From assembly GCA_045540615.1 (NCBI GenBank), contig JAZQHN010000039.1, forward strand, positions 7,996 through 31,995: a stretch of DNA of 24,000 nucleotides, read 5' to 3'. Shown here piece by piece: positions 8,875 through 16,791 of the stretch; the stretch's first letter is position 1; each line of letters starts with the position of its first letter. The position numbers were made by a program, and so were the translations under genes. The notes below the pieces were generated by a model. It did not search any database, was not told the origin of the DNA, and was given only the letters and a program-made list of their open reading frames with translations. The stretch comes from Clostridia bacterium (GTDB lineage Bacteria; Bacillota; Clostridia; HGM11514).

Positions 8875-10971
8875 TTATTCTTGTTCTTGTTCCGGCAGAG
8901 CGTCTTTTCTGGACAGATTGATTCTGCCCTGTTTGTCAAATTCAATTACTTTAACAACAATTTCGTCCCCTTCAGAAACAACATCCTCTACCTTTTCCAC
9001 ACGTTTCCGATCCAGCTTGGAAATGTGAACCAAGCCTTCTTTACCGGGCAGGAATTCTACGAAGCAACCAAATGCCATCAGCTTGGTTACTTTACCAGTA
9101 TAAATATCCCCAACTTCGGGTTCGCGGGTTACATCTGTTACCATCTTCACAGCCAAATCACCGGAGGCTTGGTCAGGAGATGCCACATATACAGTACCGT
9201 CATCTTCAACATCAATGGTAGCGCCGGTTTCTGCAATAATTTTCTGAATCATCTTTCCGCCCGGGCCAATGAGATCACGAATCTTATCCACATCAATCTT
9301 AAGCGTGGTAATCTTAGGCGCATAGGGAGATAATGTTTCTCTGGGTTCTCCAATAACAGGAAGCATTACTTCATCCAAAATATAGTATCTTGCATCTCTG
9401 GTCTTTTCCAGAGCTTCCTTAATAATTTCCTTGGTCAAACCGTGAATTTTAATATCCATCTGAATTGCGGTGATACCCTTTTTGGTACCTGCAACCTTAA
9501 AGTCCATATCACCATAGAAATCTTCTACACCTTGAATATCAATCATGGTAAGATAATCGTCTTTATCTGTTACCAAACCAACAGAAATACCTGCAACAGG
9601 AGCTTTAATGGGAACACCCGCAGCCATCAAAGCCAAAGTGCTTCCGCAAACACTACCCTGAGAGGTAGAACCATTAGAGCTTAATACTTCAGATACCAAA
9701 CGAATTGCATAGGGGAATTCGCTTACCGGAGGAATCACAGGCTCCAATGCACGTTCTGCCAATGCACCATGACCGATTTCACGACGTCCGGGACCTCTGG
9801 AAGGTTTGGTTTCCCCAACAGAGTAGGAGGGGAAATTATAGTGGTGCATATACCGTTTGGTTTCTTCTTCATCCAGTCCATCTAACCGCTGTGCATCAGC
9901 AACAGGACCTAAGGTTGCCAAAGTCAAAACCTGTGTCTGACCTCTGGTGAACATACCGGAACCGTGAGTTCTGGGAACCAAATCCACCTGAGCGTTCAGA
10001 GGACGGATTTCGTCAATCTTACGTCCGTCTACACGCTTGTGGTCAACCAGTAACCACCGTCTTACAATGGCTTTCTGGATTTTTTCAAAGATTTCACGAA
10101 CTTCTCCTTCGGTTACCTCCGGATACTTGTCCGCCAGATGCTCCATAGTATCAGCAATTACAATTGCCAATGCATTGTCACGAACAGTTTTATCATCCGT
10201 GTCCAGAGCAACTTCGATTCTTGCCTGTGCAAATGCTTTTACTGTTTCATACAGCTCTTCATCCACAGTCTGTGCTTCATATTCAAACTTGGGCTTTCCG
10301 ACTGCTTCTACTACAGTTTCGATGAAAGCACAAATCTTTTTAATTTCTTCATGGGCAAACAGGATTGCATTGTACATATCCTCTTCGCTTACTTCCTGGG
10401 CACCTGCTTCAATCATAACTACACGGTCTTTGGTACCGGCAACCGTTAATTGCAGAATGCTCTTTTCTCTCTGTTCTACGGTAGGATTGATGATAAATTC
10501 ACCGTCTACCATTCCTACGAACACACCGCCAACAGGGCCGTCAAAAGGAATGTCAGAAATAGAAATTGCCAGAGAAGTACCAATCATAGCGGTGATTTCA
10601 GGAGAGTTATCCTGCTCAACAGAAAGCACCAAAGAGTTTACCGTAACATCGTTTCTCATATGCTTGGGGAACAAGGGACGGATGGGACGGTCAATTACAC
10701 GGGAAGTAAGAATTGCCTTTTCGGAAGGCTTTCCTTCTCTTTTCTGGAAGCTGCCGGGGATTTTACCAACCGCATACAGCTTTTCTTCATAGTCAACACT
10801 CAGAGGGAAAAAGTCAATTCCTTCTCTGGGAGATTTGGATGCGGTTGCGGTGGATAATACAACAGTATCACCGTAACGCACCAGGGCAGAGCCGTTTGCA
10901 AGCTGTGCCATTTCGCCTGTTTCCACTACCAACGGTCTGCCCGCCAGAGTGGTTGAAAATACTTGTTTCAT
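8875..10971 (-). CDS. pnp: Polyribonucleotide nucleotidyltransferase (PNPase)
   Basis: 698 aa. The organisation is unmistakably PNPase: two RNase PH-like halves, then KH ([10 protein letters not shown]) and S1 ([33 protein letters not shown]) domains. AAGGAGG SD lies upstream of ATG 10971. Located downstream of rpsO. Confidence 0.98.
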   Translation of the reverse strand: MKQVFSTTLAGRPLVVETGEMAQLANGSALVRYGDTVVLSTATASKSPREGIDFFPLSVDYEEKLYAVGKIPGSFQKREGKPSEKAILTSRVIDRPIRPLFPKHMRNDVTVNSLVLSVEQDNSPEITAMIGTSLAISISDIPFDGPVGGVFVGMVDGEFIINPTVEQREKSILQLTVAGTKDRVVMIEAGAQEVSEEDMYNAILFAHEEIKKICAFIETVVEAVGKPKFEYEAQTVDEELYETVKAFAQARIEVALDTDDKTVRDNALAIVIADTMEHLADKYPEVTEGEVREIFEKIQKAIVRRWLLVDHKRVDGRKIDEIRPLNAQVDLVPRTHGSGMFTRGQTQVLTLATLGPVADAQRLDGLDEEETKRYMHHYNFPSYSVGETKPSRGPGRREIGHGALAERALEPVIPPVSEFPYAIRLVSEVLSSNGSTSQGSVCGSTLALMAAGVPIKAPVAGISVGLVTDKDDYLTMIDIQGVEDFYGDMDFKVAGTKKGITAIQMDIKIHGLTKEIIKEALEKTRDARYYILDEVMLPVIGEPRETLSPYAPKITTLKIDVDKIRDLIGPGGKMIQKIIAETGATIDVEDDGTVYVASPDQASGDLAVKMVTDVTREPEVGDIYTGKVTKLMAFGCFVEFLPGKEGLVHISKLDRKRVEKVEDVVSEGDEIVVKVIEFDKQGRINLSRKDALPEQEQE

Positions 10972-11182
10972 GCTAAAAATAGCCTCCTTAAAAATAAATT
11001 TTCAGGAACCTTATTGGTCTTTAGCATTTAAATCACAGTTTTTTACCAACCTCGTTTTGGGTAATTAAGAGGTATATCCACGATCAAATCTATTTGAAAA
11101 TATAGTATTCAAATAAGACAAAAAACTGTCATCTAACTGCTAAATGTCCAACAAAATTCCAAAAGTAAAGCGTTCGGAAAAT

Positions 11183-11230
11183 AGAACAAAAAGGCGGCCG
11201 GGGAAGAAATCTTCCCCTCTGCACCGCCTT
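11183..11230 (-). terminator. rpsO-distal intrinsic terminator/attenuator hairpin
   Basis: Minus strand reads AAGGCGG-TGCAGA-GGGGAAG-ATTT-CTTCCCC-GG-CCGCCTT followed by TTTGTTCTATTTT. It starts 9 nt after the rpsO stop. The two-tier stem is 11191..11230. Confidence 0.75.
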
Positions 11231-11238
11231 CTCAATGA

Positions 11239-11502
11239 CTACTTTCTCAGGTTCAGTCTGGCAATCAGAGAACGATATCTTTCGATATCCTTGCTCATCA
11301 GATAATCCAAAAGCCCGCGTCTCTGACCAACCATCTTCAGAAGACCGCGTCTGGAATGATGATCCTTCTTGTGAGTCTTCAGATGTTCGTTCAGGTGGTT
11401 AATCCGCTGAGTCAACAGAGCAACCTGAACTTCGGGAGAACCGGTGTCGCCTTCGTGAGTTTTGTACTCATCGATAATTGCTTGCTTTACATCCTTCATC
11501 AT
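11239..11502 (-). CDS. rpsO: 30S ribosomal protein S15
   Basis: 87 aa with typical S15 sequence ([51 protein letters not shown]). GGAGG lies 9 nt upstream of ATG 11502. Confidence 0.98.
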   Translation of the reverse strand: MMKDVKQAIIDEYKTHEGDTGSPEVQVALLTQRINHLNEHLKTHKKDHHSRRGLLKMVGQRRGLLDYLMSKDIERYRSLIARLNLRK

Positions 11503-11610
11503 GATACATTTCCTCCATTCATAATTTTACCCCTACAGCACAGAATACGGCTTGGAGTATTCCTTGTAATTTCAAGGATTCACCCGCAATCCGAGCAAAG
11601 GGACATAGTT

Positions 11611-11639
11611 ATTTTACCACAAAAAATCCTTTTTGTAAA
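11611..11639 (-). promoter_or_regulatory. Sigma-A type promoter of rpsO
   Basis: Minus strand reads TTTACA (11639..11634), a 17-nt spacer, then TGG-TAAAAT (extended -10; TAAAAT at 11616..11611). This predicts a ~100-nt leader. Confidence 0.65.
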
Positions 11640-11686
11640 GAGTTAAACGAAAATTTTTTAAAAAATCATACTAAATTTAGAAAAAA

Positions 11687-11965
11687 TCAGGGATTACAGT
11701 TCATGCAAGGCTGATAATATGCCTCCTCCGCTTCCTCTTTGGAAGAAAAATATACCCGATTTTTTTCCATGGGGAGAGAATAACAAGAACTGAGATGAAA
11801 TTTGCGCGTATTTTTATTGCCAATTAAAAAAGGAGAGGGAGTGGCAGTTTGTACAACGGGAACAACAGAAGACACCGCAGATTCCCTTGGCAAGGACACC
11901 CGTTCGCCACAGCTTGTCTGCCATAACAACAATAACACCACCACAGTAGGGATTAATTTCTTCAT
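11687..11965 (-). CDS. Small secreted or lipoprotein-like protein with C-terminal Ada-type Zn-binding-like motif
   Basis: 92 aa. N-terminal signal-like segment MKKLIPTVVVLLLLWQTSCGE. The C-terminus KFHLSSCYSLPMEKNRVYFSSKEEAEEAYYQPCMNCNP follows the Ada N-terminal Zn-domain pattern (F.....C...C/P...N.V.F.S..EA...G/Y..PC..C.P). AAAGGAG SD is present. Confidence 0.7.
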   Translation of the reverse strand: MKKLIPTVVVLLLLWQTSCGERVSLPRESAVSSVVPVVQTATPSPFLIGNKNTRKFHLSSCYSLPMEKNRVYFSSKEEAEEAYYQPCMNCNP

Positions 11966-12008
11966 TTTATTTTCTCCTTTTACTCAATTTATGGGATATT
12001 TTAATACC

Positions 12009-12037
12009 ATTATACCATATCAAATGAATAAAATAAA
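12009..12037 (-). promoter_or_regulatory. Candidate promoter for the 92-aa secreted protein gene
   Basis: Minus strand reads TTTATT (weak -35, 12037..12032), a 17-nt spacer, then TGG-TATAAT (extended -10; TATAAT at 12014..12009). It lies in a very AT-rich divergent intergenic region. Confidence 0.45.
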
Positions 12038-12157
12038 GGAAATTTATTTATTTAGTTGAATAATTTTTATAAATTTACACCTTCTGTCAAGTTTTAATAA
12101 AATAATAAATAGATTATAATATAAATATAAATAAAAATGATAAATGGGGAAATAAGC

Positions 12158-12493
12158 ATGAATAACGAATTGGATTTTAAAAAAATCGGAAATCGGATAC
12201 AATTTTACCGATTGGAGCATAAATTAACACAAGCTGAGCTGGCAGAATTAATTGGAACCAATCAAAAACATTTATCAAGAATAGAAGCAGGATATCATCG
12301 TTCTAATTTTGATACCATTATTGCAATTACCAAGGCTTTGCATATTTCTGTTGATGCTTTGATTGCCGATTATGATGACAGCACAGATGAGAGTACACTG
12401 AAAATGATTTTGGATGACATCCGGGGGATGAGTCCCAAACAGCTTGAAATGTTAAGGGATAACATTAAAACAATTAAAAAATTTGAATCTTAA
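12158..12493 (+). CDS. XRE-family helix-turn-helix transcriptional regulator
   Basis: The sequence LTQAELAELIGTNQKHLSRIEAG is a classic Cro/C1-type HTH. I prefer ATG 12158 (MNNELDF...), which has GGGGA 8 nt upstream, over the track start at 12137. The start is uncertain by 7 codons. Confidence 0.85.
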   Translation: MNNELDFKKIGNRIQFYRLEHKLTQAELAELIGTNQKHLSRIEAGYHRSNFDTIIAITKALHISVDALIADYDDSTDESTLKMILDDIRGMSPKQLEMLRDNIKTIKKFES

Positions 12494-12495
12494 TG

Positions 12496-12540
12496 AAACG
12501 AGTCTGCAGCAAAATAATTTTGCTGCAGACTCGTTTTTTG
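12496..12540. terminator. Near-perfect palindromic hairpin shared by convergent genes (strong on plus, weaker on minus)
   Basis: AAACGAGTCTGCAGCAAAAT-A-ATTTTGCTGCAGACTCGTTTTTT. The stem is ~20 bp, with a T6 run on the plus strand directly after the XRE stop. On the minus strand only TTT follows the stem. It sits 40 nt past the stop of the 12576 gene. Confidence 0.85.
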
Positions 12541-12575
12541 CCTTGTGTGGTGTGCGATTTTGTTACACCCTCTCT

Positions 12576-13265
12576 TTATGATTGAAATAAAGCTTGATAT
12601 GCCATTTCGGCAGCACTTAACTCCATATTGCATCGGATGATATAACAGTCCGAACATTCCAGTAAGTTTCCGATTAAATCCATAGTTTTGGACAGCTTTT
12701 CCGGACTTTTCGGCAAGTAAACCTGACCGAGCAGTCTGGGTAATACTTCTTTTTTTGCCAGAGGTACACATTGGTTTTCCTCTGCCCGTTCGATAAAACA
12801 AATTTTTTTCAAAGGCACCGAGGTATTGGTCTGAAGTCCTTCTTTCCCTGCCCATGGAGTGCCATAGGCAATCGGTTCTCCGTTTTTCATTCTGATCAAA
12901 GGCTTATCCCCGTTTACCACCGTTACCTTCTCGCCAAACAGCCGTTGCCACAATCTCAGGTGAGTGGTTTTTCCCGTTCCGCTTTTTGCAAGGAAGGCAA
13001 CACCTGTACCATTGATTTCCAATACCGCACCATGCATTAAAAATCCATCATAGTCTAAGAGCCGTTCCGAAATTTTCCGATAAACTGCAAGGGTTTCCAG
13101 ATAAGGAAGTGATCCCTCTCCTTCTGCTCGAATTTCTTCTTCGGTTACAGAAACAGTTATATCAGGCCGGGAAAAGGAAGTGAGATATGCCCGACACATC
13201 TGCTCAATCAAAGAAAATCGGTTTTCGATTTGAATATTCAATTCTGCCAGACAAACCTTAATCAT
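12576..13265 (-). CDS. HPr kinase/phosphorylase C-terminal-domain-like P-loop protein (function unknown)
   Basis: HGAVLEINGTGVAFLAKSGTGKTTHLRLW resembles the HprK-type 'G.GVL..G.SG.GKS' nucleotide-binding segment. I moved the start to ATG 13265 (MIKVCLAEL...), which follows GGAAGAGGAAGAG. The track start is a TTG further upstream. There is an 8-nt overlap with the upstream gene's stop (13258). Confidence 0.6.
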   Translation of the reverse strand: MIKVCLAELNIQIENRFSLIEQMCRAYLTSFSRPDITVSVTEEEIRAEGEGSLPYLETLAVYRKISERLLDYDGFLMHGAVLEINGTGVAFLAKSGTGKTTHLRLWQRLFGEKVTVVNGDKPLIRMKNGEPIAYGTPWAGKEGLQTNTSVPLKKICFIERAEENQCVPLAKKEVLPRLLGQVYLPKSPEKLSKTMDLIGNLLECSDCYIIRCNMELSAAEMAYQALFQS

Positions 13266-13764
13266 GCTGCTCTTCCTCTTCCATAAAAATCCAATCCATG
13301 CCAATAGGAGCTATGATAATCACCAATAATAACAATCCGTGAAAAATCAATGCAGAAACCAAATTGGAAATTCCCAAAGGGCTGTACCGCAAAAATTTTG
13401 TAATAGCAAAGCACCAGGCATACGCTGTATTACCTGCCAAAACGTAAACCAGTAAGGAAACTATCACAAACAAAAAGTATGCAATGAAATTAGAATAATA
13501 ATACATTTTTTTATCTTGCAAATCATAAAAACATTGCTTCAGCTGATGAAGATTCAGCAATAAATATGCCAATGTACCCAAGGTCAAAAACACCATCAGC
13601 ATTTTCTTCGAGCCGGCAATTCCTGAAAAATTAAATAAAATTCCAAATGCAGACAAAAACACCGACCAAAAGAGCATCTCAAGAAAGCGTCTGACCGTTA
13701 AACCGGCAACACCCGCTTGGAACATTTTTTCTTCGTCAAATTCTTGTTGTAAGTCAAAATTCAT
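13258..13764 (-). CDS. Four-helix integral membrane protein, unknown function
   Basis: About four hydrophobic segments (WSVFLSAFGILF, MLMVFLTLGTLAYLLL, FIAYFLFVIVSLLVYVL, LVSALIFHGLLLLVIIIAPI) and an acidic C-tail, EEEEQHD. ATG 13764 is preferred over the TTG at 13776. The start is uncertain. Confidence 0.65.
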   Translation of the reverse strand: MNFDLQQEFDEEKMFQAGVAGLTVRRFLEMLFWSVFLSAFGILFNFSGIAGSKKMLMVFLTLGTLAYLLLNLHQLKQCFYDLQDKKMYYYSNFIAYFLFVIVSLLVYVLAGNTAYAWCFAITKFLRYSPLGISNLVSALIFHGLLLLVIIIAPIGMDWIFMEEEEQHD

Positions 13765-13780
13765 CAATGTCAACAATCCT

Positions 13781-14227
13781 TTATTCTGTCAATTTTTCGT
13801 CAGTAATCACCACAGTGTTGGTTTCTTCCACCCAATCCACCTTCGCACTCAATGCCTCTGCTACCGCACGGACAGGCACCATAGTACGATCATTCGTTAC
13901 AAAAGGAACTGCATCTAACTTGATCTGACTATCTTCTCCGTTTTTACTAATGCTCATATTGTCAGAACCAATTTGCATGGTAATCAAAACCTCATCTCTC
14001 ACAGCCAAAACCAACTGATCTTCTTCAATCCAGGTTACCGTTGCACCCAAAGCTTCAAATACAGCTCTCATGGGAAGCATGGTTCTGTCATTCACCAACT
14101 GGGCAGGAACATCGCTTTCCAACACCCCACCGTTCACTGTAACGGTAATAGACTCCTCAGCTGCTCCTGTCATTACACAAAGCATAAGTAAAACAAAAAT
14201 CAACAAAATCAAACCTATTTTTTTCAT
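13781..14227 (-). CDS. Secreted copper-amine-oxidase N-terminal ('stalk') domain protein
   Basis: Signal peptide MKKIGLILLIFVLLMLCVMTGAAEE. The internal duplication VNDRTMLPMRAVFEALGATVTWIEEDQ / TNDRTMVPVRAVAEALSAKVDWVEETN is the hallmark of the Cu_amine_oxidN1-type stalk domain common in Clostridia. Confidence 0.8.
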   Translation of the reverse strand: MKKIGLILLIFVLLMLCVMTGAAEESITVTVNGGVLESDVPAQLVNDRTMLPMRAVFEALGATVTWIEEDQLVLAVRDEVLITMQIGSDNMSISKNGEDSQIKLDAVPFVTNDRTMVPVRAVAEALSAKVDWVEETNTVVITDEKLTE

Positions 14228-14263
14228 ATTATTTTCATCCTTTCCTCTTGATATAGCAGTATC

Positions 14264-14293
14264 ATTGTATCATCTTTTCTCGGTATTTGTCAA
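14264..14293 (-). promoter_or_regulatory. Sigma-A type promoter of the stalk-domain / 4-TM / HprK-like operon
   Basis: Minus strand reads TTGACA (14293..14288), an 18-nt spacer, then TGA-TACAAT (extended -10; TACAAT at 14269..14264). It lies ~37 nt upstream of ATG 14227. Confidence 0.7.
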
Positions 14294-14309
14294 TACCGAC
14301 GCATCATTT

Positions 14310-15134
14310 TTATCCCAAATGATTCAAAGTGTTTCCTATTCTGGTCATAAACCGAAGATAATCTCCTATTAATTCATCCGGCATTGCTCCGTAAACAGGT
14401 TCAAAACTTAGCATTCCCTGATAACCGATTTCTTTCAAGAATGCCATGTGTCCTTTCCAGTCAATAACACCGAAAAAGGGCGGAACGTGCAAATCAGAAC
14501 CATAATAATTGTCGTGCACATGAGTACAAGCAAGGCGGTTTCCTACTTTTCTGATTTCCTCCAAATCCTTTTCTCCATTTTGCTTTCTGCCATGACCATA
14601 ATCCCAGCAGCAAACCGCATCTAATCCGTCAATTAAAGCAATTAAATCCTCTGTCACCGAGGTATGGCGAAGCCTTCCTCGATTCTTATCCTCAAACACG
14701 TTTTCAAATGCAAGCTTGATTCCCTTCTTTTGGGCAAGCTCCGCTATGGGTGCATAAAACTCCATACTCCAACCAAGTGCATCCTCTGTATTACGGGAAA
14801 AAGTCCGAAATTCATCACCGTGAATGACCAGATAAGTTGCTCCCAAAATTTTTGCTGCTTCTACGGAACGGAGCATATAGTCATGAAACAGAGATTCCTC
14901 TATCATGCTGTACCGATTATAGGGGGCATGAGATTGATGCACCGTAATTCCTGCATCTGACAAAATCTTTGCTTCCTGATATGCCAGCTCCTCCCAGTTA
15001 TTCTCATTGATTGGGCTTAAATAATCTGCATAAGAAATCCCGCCTTCTTTACAAATACAAGCTGCTTGTTTCAGCGTTCTTGAAGTTCCTTCAGGAGATT
15101 TCTTTAAATAACCAATAGAAATACAAAGTTCCAT
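14310..15134 (-). CDS. Sugar phosphate isomerase/epimerase (xylose-isomerase-like TIM barrel family)
   Basis: Typical family features are present (LVIHG, FENV, CWDYGH, HVHDN metal/acid residues). The start is set at ATG 15134 (MELCISIGY...), preceded by AAGGATGG. The track's extension overlaps the upstream hairpin. Confidence 0.8.
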   Translation of the reverse strand: MELCISIGYLKKSPEGTSRTLKQAACICKEGGISYADYLSPINENNWEELAYQEAKILSDAGITVHQSHAPYNRYSMIEESLFHDYMLRSVEAAKILGATYLVIHGDEFRTFSRNTEDALGWSMEFYAPIAELAQKKGIKLAFENVFEDKNRGRLRHTSVTEDLIALIDGLDAVCCWDYGHGRKQNGEKDLEEIRKVGNRLACTHVHDNYYGSDLHVPPFFGVIDWKGHMAFLKEIGYQGMLSFEPVYGAMPDELIGDYLRFMTRIGNTLNHLG

Positions 15135-15151
15135 AATATTTCCATCCTTTT

Positions 15152-15186
15152 TTATAAAATTACGGGCAGACAAATTGCCTGCCCGT
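15152..15186 (-). terminator. Hairpin after the DUF4380-like gene
   Basis: Minus strand reads ACGGGCAG-GCAATTTGT-CTGCCCGT followed by AATTTTAT. It begins 6 nt after the stop at 15193. On the plus strand the same stem is followed by T6. Confidence 0.55.
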
Positions 15187-15192
15187 TTTTTG

Positions 15193-16122
15193 TTATTTTA
15201 CGTAAGCTTTCACTAACTCTTCCATTGCTGACTCATCTTCAGGGTCGGGAGCAGTAACACCGCTGTACAAAGACCAATGCTCCGTATGCTCAATGCATTC
15301 TCCGGGGGCTACCTTTTTCAAGGGGCTGATGGATTCCATTTCCAGCATCAGACTGTTGGTGTAGGTTTCAAAAGACATTCCTCCGTCGGGATACTCTGCA
15401 CCTTCATGAAGCTCAAACTGTTTTACAAACAAATCACCATTTAAGCAATAAGCTGCAAAACCATGTTCGCTGTTGATTCCGAACTTAATGGGGCAGTCAG
15501 CATCAGGATGCTGCTGTAAAGAAATGTAATTATCCCCCCAATAAACCCGTTTGTCAGTCATTTTGGTGTAGGGCCATAGGGCAAGCAAACGGTTGCCTAA
15601 CAGCACCGTATCCTTCTGAGGCTGAGGAACGATTTCAATTCCGCCTCTTGCCAAAACGGTCAGTGCCCATGCAGCAAATTCTATATCCCATGCACCTAAG
15701 TTTACAATTTTATGCTTTACGGTTACCTTTGCACTTTCAGGACACATGGTAATCTCCATTTGCTCCTGAAGCTGAGTCCATTTTTGAGGAGGAGGGGTCA
15801 GTAAAACACCATTTTCAATTTCCTCCCAGGCAACAGGCTCGTTATCAGGATAATAGGAACGGGGGCTTGCTTCGGGGCTGGTCCACAGTCTGTGTCCCCC
15901 ACGGATATACCAGGTAGCATCCTTGCCATACACCTGATCAAAATCTTCACCGGATGCAGAGGATTCCACTTCTGTATCTTCACAAAACAGATTTTGCCCG
16001 CCGATAAATCCGAAACGAATCACACGGGGACCGAAGTCCAGCGTAATCAACAGTTCAGCCTTGTCGTTGTAAAGCCGCAGGCAATTTCCCCAGCTTTCGT
16101 AAGTTACTTGTTCTAAGCTCAT
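15193..16122 (-). CDS. Galactose-mutarotase-like / DUF4380-like protein (tentative)
   Basis: 309-aa soluble protein. The segment GGHRLWTSPE and an overall beta-rich pattern resemble aldose-epimerase-like DUF4380 proteins. This is recollection only. GGAGAAAG SD is present. It starts 22 nt after the hpf stop. Confidence 0.45.
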   Translation of the reverse strand: MSLEQVTYESWGNCLRLYNDKAELLITLDFGPRVIRFGFIGGQNLFCEDTEVESSASGEDFDQVYGKDATWYIRGGHRLWTSPEASPRSYYPDNEPVAWEEIENGVLLTPPPQKWTQLQEQMEITMCPESAKVTVKHKIVNLGAWDIEFAAWALTVLARGGIEIVPQPQKDTVLLGNRLLALWPYTKMTDKRVYWGDNYISLQQHPDADCPIKFGINSEHGFAAYCLNGDLFVKQFELHEGAEYPDGGMSFETYTNSLMLEMESISPLKKVAPGECIEHTEHWSLYSGVTAPDPEDESAMEELVKAYVK

Positions 16123-16144
16123 TGGTCTTTCTCCTAACTTCTTT

Positions 16145-16675
16145 TTATTCTTTTTTTGTATTCATTAAGCCATAACCACCGTCATTACGACGATACACCA
16201 AATCCGTTTCCAGAGTTTCTGCATTCTGAAACAGGAAGAAGGTATGCCCCAACAAATTCATTTGCAGGATTGCTTCCTCCACGCTCATGGGTTTAATCTG
16301 CACCGATTTGGTACGGACAATATTGAATTCCTTTTCTTCTTCCTCAGGAGGAACATCCTCCTGCAAGAGTAACATACCTGTACGGAGCTGTTTTTCCAAA
16401 CGGGTTTTGTTTTTGCGAAGCTGACGTTCCAGCAATTCCTCCACTCTGTCAATACAGGGAAGAATTTCTTCTCCGCTTGCTTCACCCCGGAAAATCATAC
16501 CACCATGAGAGATGGTTGCCTCTACAATGACAAGCTTGCCTTTGTGAGGACGGATGGTAACGTGACAAATTACATCATCGGGGAAAAACCGATTCAGTTT
16601 TTCCAGCTTTTGCTCTGCCTTGTCCCGAACTGCATCCGAAATCTCCATTTTTCTGCCAACCATAATACACTTCAT
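16145..16675 (-). CDS. hpf: Ribosome hibernation-promoting factor, long form
   Basis: The N-terminus MEISDAVRDKAEQKLEKLNRFF and the C-terminal dimerisation-type segment IVRTKSVQIKPMSVEEAILQMNLLGHTFFLFQNAETLETDLVYRRNDGGYGLM are characteristic of long HPF (YvyD type). GAGGAG SD is present. Confidence 0.93.
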   Translation of the reverse strand: MKCIMVGRKMEISDAVRDKAEQKLEKLNRFFPDDVICHVTIRPHKGKLVIVEATISHGGMIFRGEASGEEILPCIDRVEELLERQLRKNKTRLEKQLRTGMLLLQEDVPPEEEEKEFNIVRTKSVQIKPMSVEEAILQMNLLGHTFFLFQNAETLETDLVYRRNDGGYGLMNTKKE

Positions 16676-16734
16676 TCAGATCACTCCTCAGGATACGAAA
16701 TTTTTGGAAGCAAAACATCTGCTCCTCTATGTTT

Positions 16735-16763
16735 ATTATACCCTACTTTTTCCAAAAATTCAA
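16735..16763 (-). promoter_or_regulatory. Sigma-A type promoter of hpf
   Basis: Minus strand reads TTGAAT (16763..16758), a 17-nt spacer, then TATAAT (16740..16735). It lies ~60 nt upstream of ATG 16675. Confidence 0.75.
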
Positions 16764-16791
16764 GACATTTTTTCAAATAATTGCACAAAAT

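Noticed and set aside
8784-8945. 54-codon N-terminal extension of the M16 peptidase ORF
   Set aside because: It would overlap the pnp 3' end and run through the hairpin and T-run. The internal ATG 8783 has a GGAGGTGG SD and yields a canonical M16 N-terminus.
10037-10792. 251-aa plus-strand ORF (and neighbours at 10138-10449 and 10450-10857) antisense to pnp
   Set aside because: It lies entirely inside the unmistakable pnp CDS. The product is low-complexity (Ser/Thr/Ile-rich), with no SD and no recognisable motif. This is a typical antisense-frame artefact.
12056-12136. Promoter for the XRE gene in the extremely AT-rich spacer (TATAAT at 12115-12120)
   Set aside because: The -10 is perfect, but the best -35 at the proper spacing is TTTTAA (3/6). 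Many alternative hexamers exist in this AT-rich stretch, so it is too ambiguous to annotate.
12490-12855. 121-aa minus-strand ORF overlapping the HprK-like gene in another frame
   Set aside because: It crosses the strong terminator hairpin, lacks an SD, and has arbitrary composition. The overlapping frame carries the P-loop motif.
14281-14298. Hairpin CGGTATT-TGTC-AATACCG just after the isomerase stop, considered as a terminator
   Set aside because: No U-run follows it on the minus strand. Its loop and 3' arm coincide with the -35 TTGACA of the downstream operon promoter, so it is more likely incidental or a weak processing element.
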